A stretch of 64,000 nucleotides of DNA, from NCBI GenBank assembly GCA_021780375.1, contig JAJXYT010000111.1:10809-74808 (forward strand), read 5' to 3'. Under the pieces are notes generated by a model. It did not search any database. It was not told the origin of the DNA and was given only the letters and a program-made list of their open reading frames with translations. The stretch comes from a bacterium (lineage in GTDB: Bacteria > Verrucomicrobiota > Verrucomicrobiia > Limisphaerales > UBA11358). Of this stretch, positions 26,722-34,912 are shown piece by piece (the first letter of the stretch is position 1; each line of letters starts with the position of its first letter). The translations under genes and the position numbers were made by a program.

Positions 26722-28191
26722 ATGCCAGTTCCGGTCGTCAATATTGCCCAGATGCGCGAGTGGGAAAAGGCCACCTGGGCCACCGGCCAAACCGAGGCCG
26801 AAGTCATCCGCCGCGTCGGCGGAAAAATCGCCGGACTCGCATTGCGCCTGACCCGGCCGGGTGACGGCATTCTGATTCTCGCCGGCAAGGGCCATAACGG
26901 TGACGATGCCCGCGCCGGGCGCGAATTTTTGACCGGCCGGAAAATTATTTTATTGGACGTGGCCGATCCTGAAGCGGCCTTGGCGGAATTTCAGCGCAGG
27001 ACAGCCCCGAAAACTTTCGGGGCTGTCTCTGACTCTTCTGTTTCAGATGGAGACAGGCTGGAAGCCCGTCCTACCTTAATCATTGACGGCTTGTTCGGTA
27101 TCGGCTTGAGCCGCCCGCTCGATGGCGGCTGGAAGAAAATGATCACGACGGTCAATCGATCCCCAATTCCGGTTCTCGCCGTGGACGTGCCGTCCGGCTT
27201 GAACGCCGACACCGGCCAGCCCCAAGGAACAGCCATTGCGGCAGCGGTAACGCTGACGGTGGGCGCGCCCAAAATCGGAATGCTCCAACAAAGTGCCTGG
27301 CCATTTGTCGGCCGGCTGGAAGTGGCCGAAGATATCGGCCTGATTCCCTGTCCGCATCGGGGCGAAATGAATTGGACGCTGCCGGGCGAGTTCGCCGGTT
27401 TTCCACCGCGCCGCGACGTAGCCGGCCACAAAGGTTCATTCGGGCATCTGGCGATTATCGCGGGCAGTTTCGGATTTCATGGCGCGGCGGTTCTGGCCGC
27501 GCGGGCGGCACAACGCGCGCAACCAGGGCTGATCACGCTGTTCACCCAAGAAATCATCTACCGTCCCGTGGCGGTGCAATTGCAGGCCGTGATGGTTAAC
27601 ATTTGGAAACCGGAAACCCGATTACCGGAATCCACCAGCGCCATTCTGATCGGGCCGGGTCTGGCCGCGCCGGAAATAACCGAAGCCATGAAAGCGCCGA
27701 CCCGTCAATTTTGGCGCGAGTCGGAACTGCCGGTAATTGTGGATGCCAGCGCACTTGCCTGGCTCGAGTCAGGCGCCGCGCCAAAGAATACCATTCGCGT
27801 CGTCACGCCGCATCCCGGCGAAGCGGCCCGAATGCTGGGTAAAACCGTGCCGCAAGTGCAGGCGGACCGGCCGCAGGCCCTGCGCGAGATTTCACAACAC
27901 TTTGGCAATTGCTGGGTCGTGTTGAAAGGACATCAAACGCTGGTGGGCCGGAGCACGGGCGAAATCTCTGTAAATTCATCCGGCAATCCGCATCTGGCCC
28001 AGGGCGGCAGCGGGGACGTGCTGTCAGGTTTCATTGCGGGACTGCTCGCGCAACCCGCGCTGCAAGCCGATGCCGGCAAAACCCTCCGCTTCGCCGTTTG
28101 GCGGCACGGCCATGCGGCGGATACCTTGCAGGCGGCACGAACAAATTGGGTGGTGGAAGATCTGGTCGCCGAATTGGGCAAGGCAGGCTGA
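26722..28191 (+). CDS. nnr: bifunctional NAD(P)H-hydrate repair enzyme (epimerase / ADP-dependent dehydratase)
   Basis: YjeF-N blocks GKGHNGDDA and VDVPSGLNADTG. Carbohydrate-kinase blocks HKGSFGHLAIIAGS and GNPHLAQGGSGDVLSG. Confidence 0.9.
   Translation: MPVPVVNIAQMREWEKATWATGQTEAEVIRRVGGKIAGLALRLTRPGDGILILAGKGHNGDDARAGREFLTGRKIILLDVADPEAALAEFQRRTAPKTFGAVSDSSVSDGDRLEARPTLIIDGLFGIGLSRPLDGGWKKMITTVNRSPIPVLAVDVPSGLNADTGQPQGTAIAAAVTLTVGAPKIGMLQQSAWPFVGRLEVAEDIGLIPCPHRGEMNWTLPGEFAGFPPRRDVAGHKGSFGHLAIIAGSFGFHGAAVLAARAAQRAQPGLITLFTQEIIYRPVAVQLQAVMVNIWKPETRLPESTSAILIGPGLAAPEITEAMKAPTRQFWRESELPVIVDASALAWLESGAAPKNTIRVVTPHPGEAARMLGKTVPQVQADRPQALREISQHFGNCWVVLKGHQTLVGRSTGEISVNSSGNPHLAQGGSGDVLSGFIAGLLAQPALQADAGKTLRFAVWRHGHAADTLQAARTNWVVEDLVAELGKAG
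27000..27027. repeat. 13-bp perfect palindrome inside the nnr coding sequence
   Basis: GACAGCCCCGAAA-ac-TTTCGGGGCTGTC. It is followed by CTGTCTC..GAGACAG and GACAGGCT-gga-AGCCCGTC hairpins up to about 27075. Confidence 0.75.
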
Positions 28192-28246
28192 AAATTCAAC
28201 GGTTCTTCAATTCAGCCGTTTGGCGGCGTGGCAAACTTTTACGCCA

Positions 28247-28291
28247 TTTCCTTCACCTTCCGCAAATCCAGCCTGCCGGTGCCAGCAGCGG
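28247..28291. repeat. decayed copy of the last ~45 nt of the aas coding sequence
   Basis: TTTCCTTCACCTTCCGCAAATCCAGCCTGCCGGTGCCAGCAGCGG vs 28777-28822 TTTCCTTCACTTTTCGCAAATCCAGCTTGCCGGTGCCCAGCAGTGG (about 41/46). On the minus strand it reads ..AAGTGRLDLRKVKEMA*, compared with the genuine end ..LLGTGKLDLRKVKETA... Confidence 0.75.
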
Positions 28292-28681
28292 TCTTCTATT
28301 TTTGGACTGCGGCGGGAAGCGCAGCGCCACGCCGCTTGCGCACGCACGAGCCATTGCCTGCACTCGAAAATCTTGGGTCCGTCCGAAAGCGGTGTCGTCG
28401 CTTCGCTCTGCCACCGCACTCCAAGACGCTCCGCGTTCACCAGGCCACCGTGCCGTCCCGCCAGCGTCTTGGGCTCCGTAGCCCGCCGCCGCTCTCGCTT
28501 TGCGTTAATTCGCGGGATTCGCGGATCAAAAATCCGTCATCCAATGACATCCCTTCGCGCATCTTTGACCAAGACCGGTGGGCGCGCTCATGCTTCCTCG
28601 CCCCGCGACGCAGGAGCGGGGAGAGGATCGAGGAGAGAGGCGGCTTTATTGATTGAATTGACAGGCTCCTCCTCTCTCCGG

Positions 28682-28710
28682 CCCGCGCCTCCATTTTATG
28701 GAGGCGCGGG
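28682..28710 (-). terminator. 13-bp GC-rich perfect hairpin 28 nt downstream of the aas stop (no U-tract)
   Basis: CCCGCGCCTCCAT-ttt-ATGGAGGCGCGGG. Confidence 0.45.
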
Positions 28711-28738
28711 AGTGGTTGCGGCGCAAGCCGCGCCGTGT

Positions 28739-31700
28739 TTATCCGTGTCCATCTGTGGTTGAAAGTTTCCGGGCTGTTTCCTTCACTTTTCGCAAATCCA
28801 GCTTGCCGGTGCCCAGCAGTGGAAACTGCTCCACGCGGAAAAACTGGTCGGCACGCGGTTTCCAGAGATTCGGCAGGTCACATTGCGCCAGCTTTTCCAG
28901 ACACGGCGCCAATTTTTCGACGGTCAACTTGTGCAGCACCACCAGGCGTTCGCCTTTCTTTTCGTCCGGGACACCGGCGACAACGAAGGTCTGCTCGGTC
29001 GCGCCGGCCAGTTCGTGCAATTTTTCCTCCACCTTGATGTGCGGCACCATTTCGCCGCCGATTTTGCTGAAGCGGCTCAGGCGATCGGTGATTTGCAGGA
29101 AACCGTCTTCGTCAATCGCCGCAATGTCGCCGGTACAATACCATTTTGCTTCGTTGGCGGAGCGCGGATTGTCTTCAATCCGCAGCGGTCGATTTTGCAG
29201 AGGTGCTGCGAGTTGGGACAACTCGCGCTCCGGTTCTCGCAGCACTTCAGCCGTCTTCTCCGGTTTGCCGAGGTACCCGAGCATCACATTCGGGCCGCTC
29301 ACAAGCATCAGACCGGGCTGACCGACCGGCAGGTTTTCCCCGCTCCACGGATTTTCCGGATCAACAATTTTGACGCTCACGCCCGGCAGCGGATGGCCGA
29401 TTTTTCCCCGTTTGGCGCCGATCTGGCGGAAACCCGCCGAGCGGAAATCGTGCGTGTTCACCGCCACGGCCGGCGCGCATTCGGTACAGCCGTAGCCTTC
29501 GAGCGGGCGGAGGCCGAACTGCTCTTCGAACGCCAACGCGAGCCGGTCCGGCAGTTTTTCCGCGGCGGTCACCACGACCCGCAGGCTGCCGAAATCCTCC
29601 GCCGGACAGCCGCGCAGGTAAAGTTGCAGGAACGTCGGCGTGGCGAGCAGGAAGGTGAGCCGGTAATCGCGCACCAGCGGGCCGATGGCTTTCGCGTCGA
29701 GCGGATTCGGATGATAAACCACGCCCACGCCCAGGATGGCCGGCAGGCAAAGCGTGCCGGTGAAACCGAACGAATGGAAGAACGGCAGGATGCCCAGGAA
29801 ACCATCGCGGTAGGCGAGGCCAAACACCTGTTCGAGTTGTTCGACGTTCGAGCCGATGTTGTAGTGGCTCAACATCACGCCTTTCGGGTCGCCGGTGCTG
29901 CCGCTGGAGAAAATCACCGTGGCCAGATCATCGAGCTGCGATTTTCTTTCCGCGCCGAGCCACGATTGCAACCAGCGGTCGGGCACAAACCACGCGATGA
30001 AAAAAGCGGCGAGCTTCTCGCCGATGCCCGGAGCGCCGGGCACCAGCCCGGCGGGTTTGCCAGCATTCCCACTTTGCGTCGAAACGGTGTTCGGCGTTCC
30101 GAGTTGTTCCTGGCGGTCTGTTTCACGCCGGGTCGGAGACCGGCGCTCCACTCCCATTACGTCCTCCAGCAGAACGGTTTCGCAGGGCAGCTTCAGCTTG
30201 AGCCGGTCAAGAAACGCCTTTGCGGTGACGACGGTTTTGAGGTCGCATTGCCGGAGGCACGAGGCGAGTGTTTCCTCCGACACGGTGTAATTCAAATTCA
30301 CCGGCACCTTGCCGAGCAGCAGCGCGGCATAATTGACGAGGGCGCCCGGCACCGACGGCGGCAGCAGTACACCGACCATGGGCTGATTCAACCAGATTTT
30401 TCGCAGCCGCCGCGCAAGAAAAACGGACCGTACCAGCGCTGCGCCGAAGCTGACCCGGGTGTTTTGCACGTCCGCCATGGCGAAGCGGAAGGGATGGTTG
30501 CGCGCCGTGTTGACGAAGGCGATGGGCAACGGACGCATCCGTTTCTTGCGAGCCTGCCAGGCCTCGACGAGCAGTTCCTGCACCGTGGAGCGCACTTGAA
30601 AAGGGGTGGCCGTGGGCGGTAGCGGTTTACCATAGTTAATCGTGATGGGGTAGGGGTAACGCCGCGGCAGTTTCCACAGGAACCGGCCTTTTTCAAAACT
30701 AAAGATGCTGCCCCAGACGCCGTCCATGGCCACCGGAACAATCGGCGCGTCCACACCTTTCATGATGCGTTCGAAGCCGCGCCGGAACGGCAACAGATGG
30801 CCGATGCGCGTGATTTGCCCCTCGGCGAAAATACAAACCACGTCGCCGGCGCGGATGGCGTCACTGGCGGTTTGGAGCGACTTGAGCATTTCGCGCGGGC
30901 GTTGCTCGGACGAAATTGGAATGATGCCAAGAATTCTGGCGAACGGCTTGACGTACGGCAGTTCGTAGAGGCCCTTGAACATCATGAACCGGACCCGCCG
31001 GTCGGTGGACGCCAGCAGCAGCACCGCGTCCACAAATGACACGTGATTGCAGACAAAGAGGGCGCCGCCCTTTTCGGGAATGTGGTCGCGGCCGAGGACG
31101 CGGATGCGATACAGCGAATGCGTCGCGCACCAGAGCACGAACCGCAGCAGCGAATCCGGCATCAGCTTGACGCAATAAATGGTTCCCGCCAGCGACAGCA
31201 CCGCGCCGAACAGGAAAATTTGCGGCGCCTTCAGATGCAACCCAACCGTGAGCAGCGAATAGACTTCCGACGCGAGCAGCATGCCAATCCAGCTCAACAA
31301 CGTGGAGGCGGCGATGACCTTCCCCTTGTTATCGGCGTCGGGCCGGTGCTGGATGATGGCGTTGACGGGCACGTTATAAAATCCGCCGAAAAAACCGAGG
31401 AGGCCAAGGCCCCACGCGAAGGCGGCAACACCCAGTCCGGCGTGGGCGAGCAGCGCGGAAAAAATCGTCAAGCCGGCCATGCCGAGCGGTATCAAACCGT
31501 ATTCGATTTTTCCGCCCGACAGGAATCCGGCCGCCAGGCTGCCCGCGCCGACGCCAACGAGCATTCCGCCCTGCAAATAGCTGCTGTGCCGGTCGTCGAA
31601 ATGAAAAATGTCCTTGCCGTAAAAAAGAATGGTGAATTGCAACAGCATGGCGAGAAACCAGAGGAAGGCATTGCCGATGACGCCGAGAAACAAGACGCGA

Positions 31701-32431
31701 TCGCGGCGGATTGCCTTCAATTGCGACCAGAAATCGCCGAGAAAATTCGCACGGAATTTTTTATGCGGATCGGCGGCGGGCAGGCGCGTGATGCCGAGGC
31801 AGAGTGACAATCCGACCAGGGCCAGCGCGAGGAGGATGAGTCCAGACCAGATTTGCCGTTGGCCGAACGTATCCGAAAGCATGCCGGCAAAAATCGTCCC
31901 GGTGATGGCGGCGGAGAAGGTGCCCAGGCCGAAAATGCCGTTGCCCCACGACAATTTCTTTTCCGGCAACAGCTCCGGCAACATCCCGTATTTCGTCGGA
32001 CCGAAAATCGCGCTGTGCGTGCTCATCAAAAAAATGCCTGTCAGCATCAGGGGAATATTATTGAGCCACAGACCGAGCGCCGCCGTGGACATAATGCCGA
32101 GTTCGGCGCATTTGACGGCGATGGCGACGCTGCGTTTGCTGTAGCGATCTGCAAAAAATCCACCGGCCATCGAAAACAGGACAAACGGCAGTGCGAACAC
32201 GGTGCCGACCAGCGGCACCAGCGAATCGCGTTTTTCCAGCGACAAACCCATGCCGACAATCAAAAACGAGACGAGCCACCGGAGGACGTTGTCGCTGAAG
32301 GCATTTTGAAATTCGACGGCGAACATGAGCCAGAAACTGCGCAGATGGGAAGCCGGAGTCCGAAGGTGCGCAGACTGATTTCCGCCGTCTGTCTGCGGCC
32401 GTCCGGCGGCCGGGGTCTGGTTTGCGGTCAC
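28739..32431 (-). CDS. aas: triple fusion: MFS lysophospholipid transporter (LplT-like), PlsC-type acyltransferase and acyl-ACP synthetase/AMP-binding (Aas-like)
   Basis: The N-terminal ~420 aa are a 12-TM MFS. The acyltransferase carries HX4D (CNHVSFVDAV) and FAEGQITR. The AMP-binding motif is IFSSGSTGDPKGVMLSH, with C-terminal GTGKLDLRKV. Confidence 0.85.
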   Translation of the reverse strand: MTANQTPAAGRPQTDGGNQSAHLRTPASHLRSFWLMFAVEFQNAFSDNVLRWLVSFLIVGMGLSLEKRDSLVPLVGTVFALPFVLFSMAGGFFADRYSKRSVAIAVKCAELGIMSTAALGLWLNNIPLMLTGIFLMSTHSAIFGPTKYGMLPELLPEKKLSWGNGIFGLGTFSAAITGTIFAGMLSDTFGQRQIWSGLILLALALVGLSLCLGITRLPAADPHKKFRANFLGDFWSQLKAIRRDRVLFLGVIGNAFLWFLAMLLQFTILFYGKDIFHFDDRHSSYLQGGMLVGVGAGSLAAGFLSGGKIEYGLIPLGMAGLTIFSALLAHAGLGVAAFAWGLGLLGFFGGFYNVPVNAIIQHRPDADNKGKVIAASTLLSWIGMLLASEVYSLLTVGLHLKAPQIFLFGAVLSLAGTIYCVKLMPDSLLRFVLWCATHSLYRIRVLGRDHIPEKGGALFVCNHVSFVDAVLLLASTDRRVRFMMFKGLYELPYVKPFARILGIIPISSEQRPREMLKSLQTASDAIRAGDVVCIFAEGQITRIGHLLPFRRGFERIMKGVDAPIVPVAMDGVWGSIFSFEKGRFLWKLPRRYPYPITINYGKPLPPTATPFQVRSTVQELLVEAWQARKKRMRPLPIAFVNTARNHPFRFAMADVQNTRVSFGAALVRSVFLARRLRKIWLNQPMVGVLLPPSVPGALVNYAALLLGKVPVNLNYTVSEETLASCLRQCDLKTVVTAKAFLDRLKLKLPCETVLLEDVMGVERRSPTRRETDRQEQLGTPNTVSTQSGNAGKPAGLVPGAPGIGEKLAAFFIAWFVPDRWLQSWLGAERKSQLDDLATVIFSSGSTGDPKGVMLSHYNIGSNVEQLEQVFGLAYRDGFLGILPFFHSFGFTGTLCLPAILGVGVVYHPNPLDAKAIGPLVRDYRLTFLLATPTFLQLYLRGCPAEDFGSLRVVVTAAEKLPDRLALAFEEQFGLRPLEGYGCTECAPAVAVNTHDFRSAGFRQIGAKRGKIGHPLPGVSVKIVDPENPWSGENLPVGQPGLMLVSGPNVMLGYLGKPEKTAEVLREPERELSQLAAPLQNRPLRIEDNPRSANEAKWYCTGDIAAIDEDGFLQITDRLSRFSKIGGEMVPHIKVEEKLHELAGATEQTFVVAGVPDEKKGERLVVLHKLTVEKLAPCLEKLAQCDLPNLWKPRADQFFRVEQFPLLGTGKLDLRKVKETARKLSTTDGHG
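29172..29231. repeat. 60-nt repeat element, copy inside the aas CDS (encodes ERELSQLAAPLQNRPLRIED)
   Basis: TCTTCAATCCGCAGCG..GCTGCGAGTTGGGACAACTCGCGCTCC. It contains the 8-bp palindrome GCGAGTTG/CAACTCGC. The second copy is at 32576-32635. Confidence 0.75.
30030..30149. repeat. 120-nt segment inside aas bounded by a perfect 10-bp inverted repeat
   Basis: GGAGCGCCGG (30030-30039) and CCGGCGCTCC (30140-30149). It encodes a low-complexity stretch ..RRSPTRRETDRQEQLGTPNTVSTQSGNAGKPAGLVPGAP... Confidence 0.5.
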
Positions 32432-32575
32432 GCGACCAGACTATCTCTTTGTGAGCCAGGCTGTGAATTGAAAAACTTTGGCCGGACATTGTTTGTACTG
32501 ATGGAACCGTCGGCCGGATGAAGCCCGGCAAAAATGGAAATTTGGGGTGTCCTGATTTGCCGGGAGCGCGGATCG

Positions 32576-32635
32576 TCTCAATCCGCAGCGTTTGGGGTAG
32601 TCGAACCGGCTGCGAGTTGAGACAACTCGCGCTCC
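32576..32635. repeat. 60-nt repeat element, intergenic copy
   Basis: TCTCAATCCGCAGCG..GCTGCGAGTTGAGACAACTCGCGCTCC, in the same orientation as the 29172-29231 copy. It lies in the aas/CHAD divergent region. Confidence 0.75.
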
Positions 32636-32748
32636 ACGTCGGCAATTCGGATTTCAAAGCGGGACACTACCGGAAATTCCTTGAACTGAAGCCGGCCGGC
32701 GGGCATGGTTAAACCTGAAGAAATTCTCCGCTCAAGACCCGGCGGTTT

Positions 32749-33678
32749 ATGGCATTTCATTTCAAAAAAAAGGAATCTCCGACCAAAGCGGTACGGCGCT
32801 TGAGCCGGGAACGGCTCGAAAAGGCGCTGGACCACTTGCGGAAGTGTGACCGGCTGGAGGCCATTCACCGCGTGCGTAAAGAGATCAAAAAAGTGCGCGC
32901 GACCCTGGGGTTGGTACGTGAGAATACAGGTGCGAACGCCTATCGCAAGCGCGTGAAGACGTTGCGCGCAGCGGCGAAGCGCCTGCAGGACCCCCGGGAC
33001 GCGCGGGTCCGGCCCCAAGCGCTGGAACGATTAATCGGGCATTTCCAGAACCGGCTGCCCGCCCGGCCGTTTGCCGGGATTGAAAAAGTTTTAAGCCAAC
33101 ATTGCCGCAAGGAAATTCGCGAGTTCAACCAGAGCAAATCCGTGACGGCGGTCGGCCGCCTGTTGCAGAAAATATACCGGGGCACCGGCGGTTTGAAAGT
33201 CAAGGCGAACGGCTGGACCGCCATTCAACCGGGATTGCAGGAAAGTTACAGCGACGGGCGGAAAGCATACGAAACAGCTGTTCACGAAACATCGCCGAAG
33301 AATCTTCATCAGTGGCGGAAACACGTGCAGAGCCTCTGGCATCAACTCCGCCTGCTTCATTCGATCCAGCCGGAAAGACTGCAAACTGCGGTCGGTGAAA
33401 TGAAGCTGCTGAGCCAATATCTTGGCGACGATCATGATTTGGTCATGCTCAGGCAATTCGTCGCCGGCCACTGTGCCCGCCGATATGCCCGGGAAGTCAG
33501 GATGCTGGATCTGCTGATTGATTTGCGCCAAAAGGAACTGCGGTCGGCCGCCTTTGCCCTGGGCGCGCGTTTTTATGCGGAGAAACCTTCCTCGTTTTGC
33601 CGGCGACTTGAAAGTTACTGGCATAGCTGGCGAACCGCGGGGAAGAGTCCACTGGTTGAACGGGTATCGCAGCCGTGA
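32749..33678 (+). CDS. CHAD domain-containing protein
   Basis: Helical His-rich pattern: AIHRVRKEIKKVRATL, LHQWRKHVQSLWHQLRLL, LGDDHDLVML. Confidence 0.75.
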   Translation: MAFHFKKKESPTKAVRRLSRERLEKALDHLRKCDRLEAIHRVRKEIKKVRATLGLVRENTGANAYRKRVKTLRAAAKRLQDPRDARVRPQALERLIGHFQNRLPARPFAGIEKVLSQHCRKEIREFNQSKSVTAVGRLLQKIYRGTGGLKVKANGWTAIQPGLQESYSDGRKAYETAVHETSPKNLHQWRKHVQSLWHQLRLLHSIQPERLQTAVGEMKLLSQYLGDDHDLVMLRQFVAGHCARRYAREVRMLDLLIDLRQKELRSAAFALGARFYAEKPSSFCRRLESYWHSWRTAGKSPLVERVSQP

Positions 33679-33915
33679 GACGTCTCTGGGTTCAGTCATT
33701 CGGGCTTGCTGCAATCCGGCGCCGGCGATATGGCACCCGGCAGCTGCCTGGCGGCTCAAATCAATTCGCGACCCAAGTCATTCCAAATAAATGAGTTGGC
33801 AGATGAGTGGGAATGTCCGGTACGGCAAATAATCCCTTCAAATTGGCACATCCGCTGCTGCTTTATCGGCGGGGCAAGAGCCTCGTAGAAATGTAGAGCA
33901 GGCGATTGCCGGTAG

Positions 33916-34839
33916 ATGCATGGAAAAATGAACGTGGGAAACGCAAAATCCAAGACCATCGTCTTTGTCGAAGACGATCCGGTGGTGCTGGCGGCTTATC
34001 GGATGCTTCTTGAACAGGGGGGATTTCAAATCAAGGTGATGACCGATGGCCTGGAAGCGATGAGGCTCCTTTCGCATTTCGTACCGGATCTGGTGATCCT
34101 TGACCTGATGTTGCCCAGGTTCAATGGAGGAGAAGTTCTCAAGTATATCCACTCCAATCCCTGCCTCAACGCGGTGCCCGTCATCACGCTTTCCACCAAT
34201 TCCATAGTGGAAGGGACCGAGGAATATGTTTGGGAACGGGCACACCGGCGGCTTCTGAAAGACTCCTGCACACCGGCCATCAAGCTGCAGACGGTTCAGG
34301 AATTGCTCGCCGAACATTCGGTTCCCGTTGACGTTGTATCGGCCAACCCGCCGGATGATTCACCCGCCGCAAAAGACCAGATCGTTCTTTTTATCGAGGA
34401 TAATCCCGTCGTGTTGGCGGCGTACCGCCACCAACTGGACCAGGGCGGCTATCACGTGGAATCGGCCCGGGATGGCCTGGAAGCGATGAAGCTGCTTGGC
34501 CGGCTGACGCCCGACGTGGTGGTGCTTGACCTGCTGTTGCCCAAATTCAACGGTGTGGACGTGCTCAAGTTCATCTGCTCGACTCCGCGTCTGAGTTCAG
34601 TCCGCGTCGTCCTCTTCTCCACCGGTTCCATCATCGCCGCGATGGAGGAATATGTGCTGGAGCGCGCCAACAAGCGTCTCCTCAAGGACGTCTGCACACC
34701 GGCCATCATGTTTCAAACCATTCGAGAATTGCTGGCCGGCTCGCCGGGCCAAAATGATGTTTCTTCTGCGAATCAATCGAGCGAAACCAACAGCGAAAAG
34801 GTTGCTGCCGGCACACACGTTGCTAGAACGCCTCTTTAA
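33916..34839 (+). CDS. stand-alone protein with two tandem response-regulator receiver domains
   Basis: Two ~125-aa units: IVFVEDDPVVLAAYR...DLVILDLMLPRFNGGEVLKYI and IVLFIEDNPVVLAAYR...DVVVLDLLLPKFNGVDVLKFI. No output domain. Confidence 0.85.
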   Translation: MHGKMNVGNAKSKTIVFVEDDPVVLAAYRMLLEQGGFQIKVMTDGLEAMRLLSHFVPDLVILDLMLPRFNGGEVLKYIHSNPCLNAVPVITLSTNSIVEGTEEYVWERAHRRLLKDSCTPAIKLQTVQELLAEHSVPVDVVSANPPDDSPAAKDQIVLFIEDNPVVLAAYRHQLDQGGYHVESARDGLEAMKLLGRLTPDVVVLDLLLPKFNGVDVLKFICSTPRLSSVRVVLFSTGSIIAAMEEYVLERANKRLLKDVCTPAIMFQTIRELLAGSPGQNDVSSANQSSETNSEKVAAGTHVARTPL

Positions 34840-34912
34840 AAGCCGGTTTGAAGTCTGAATTCATCGTCTTTCCAGTTAGACACGACCGTCCAGAATCTTT
34901 TGGCACATGGCC

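Noticed and set aside
28300-28660. Small ORFs in the nnr-aas spacer (28034..28762+, 28228..28656+, 28207..28440-, 28437..28694-)
   Set aside because: They overlap each other in several frames and are built from inverted repeats, so the translations are repeat-derived (..CGGKRSATPL.., ..ALPPHSKTLR.., ..GERIEERGG..). There are no start context or domain signatures.
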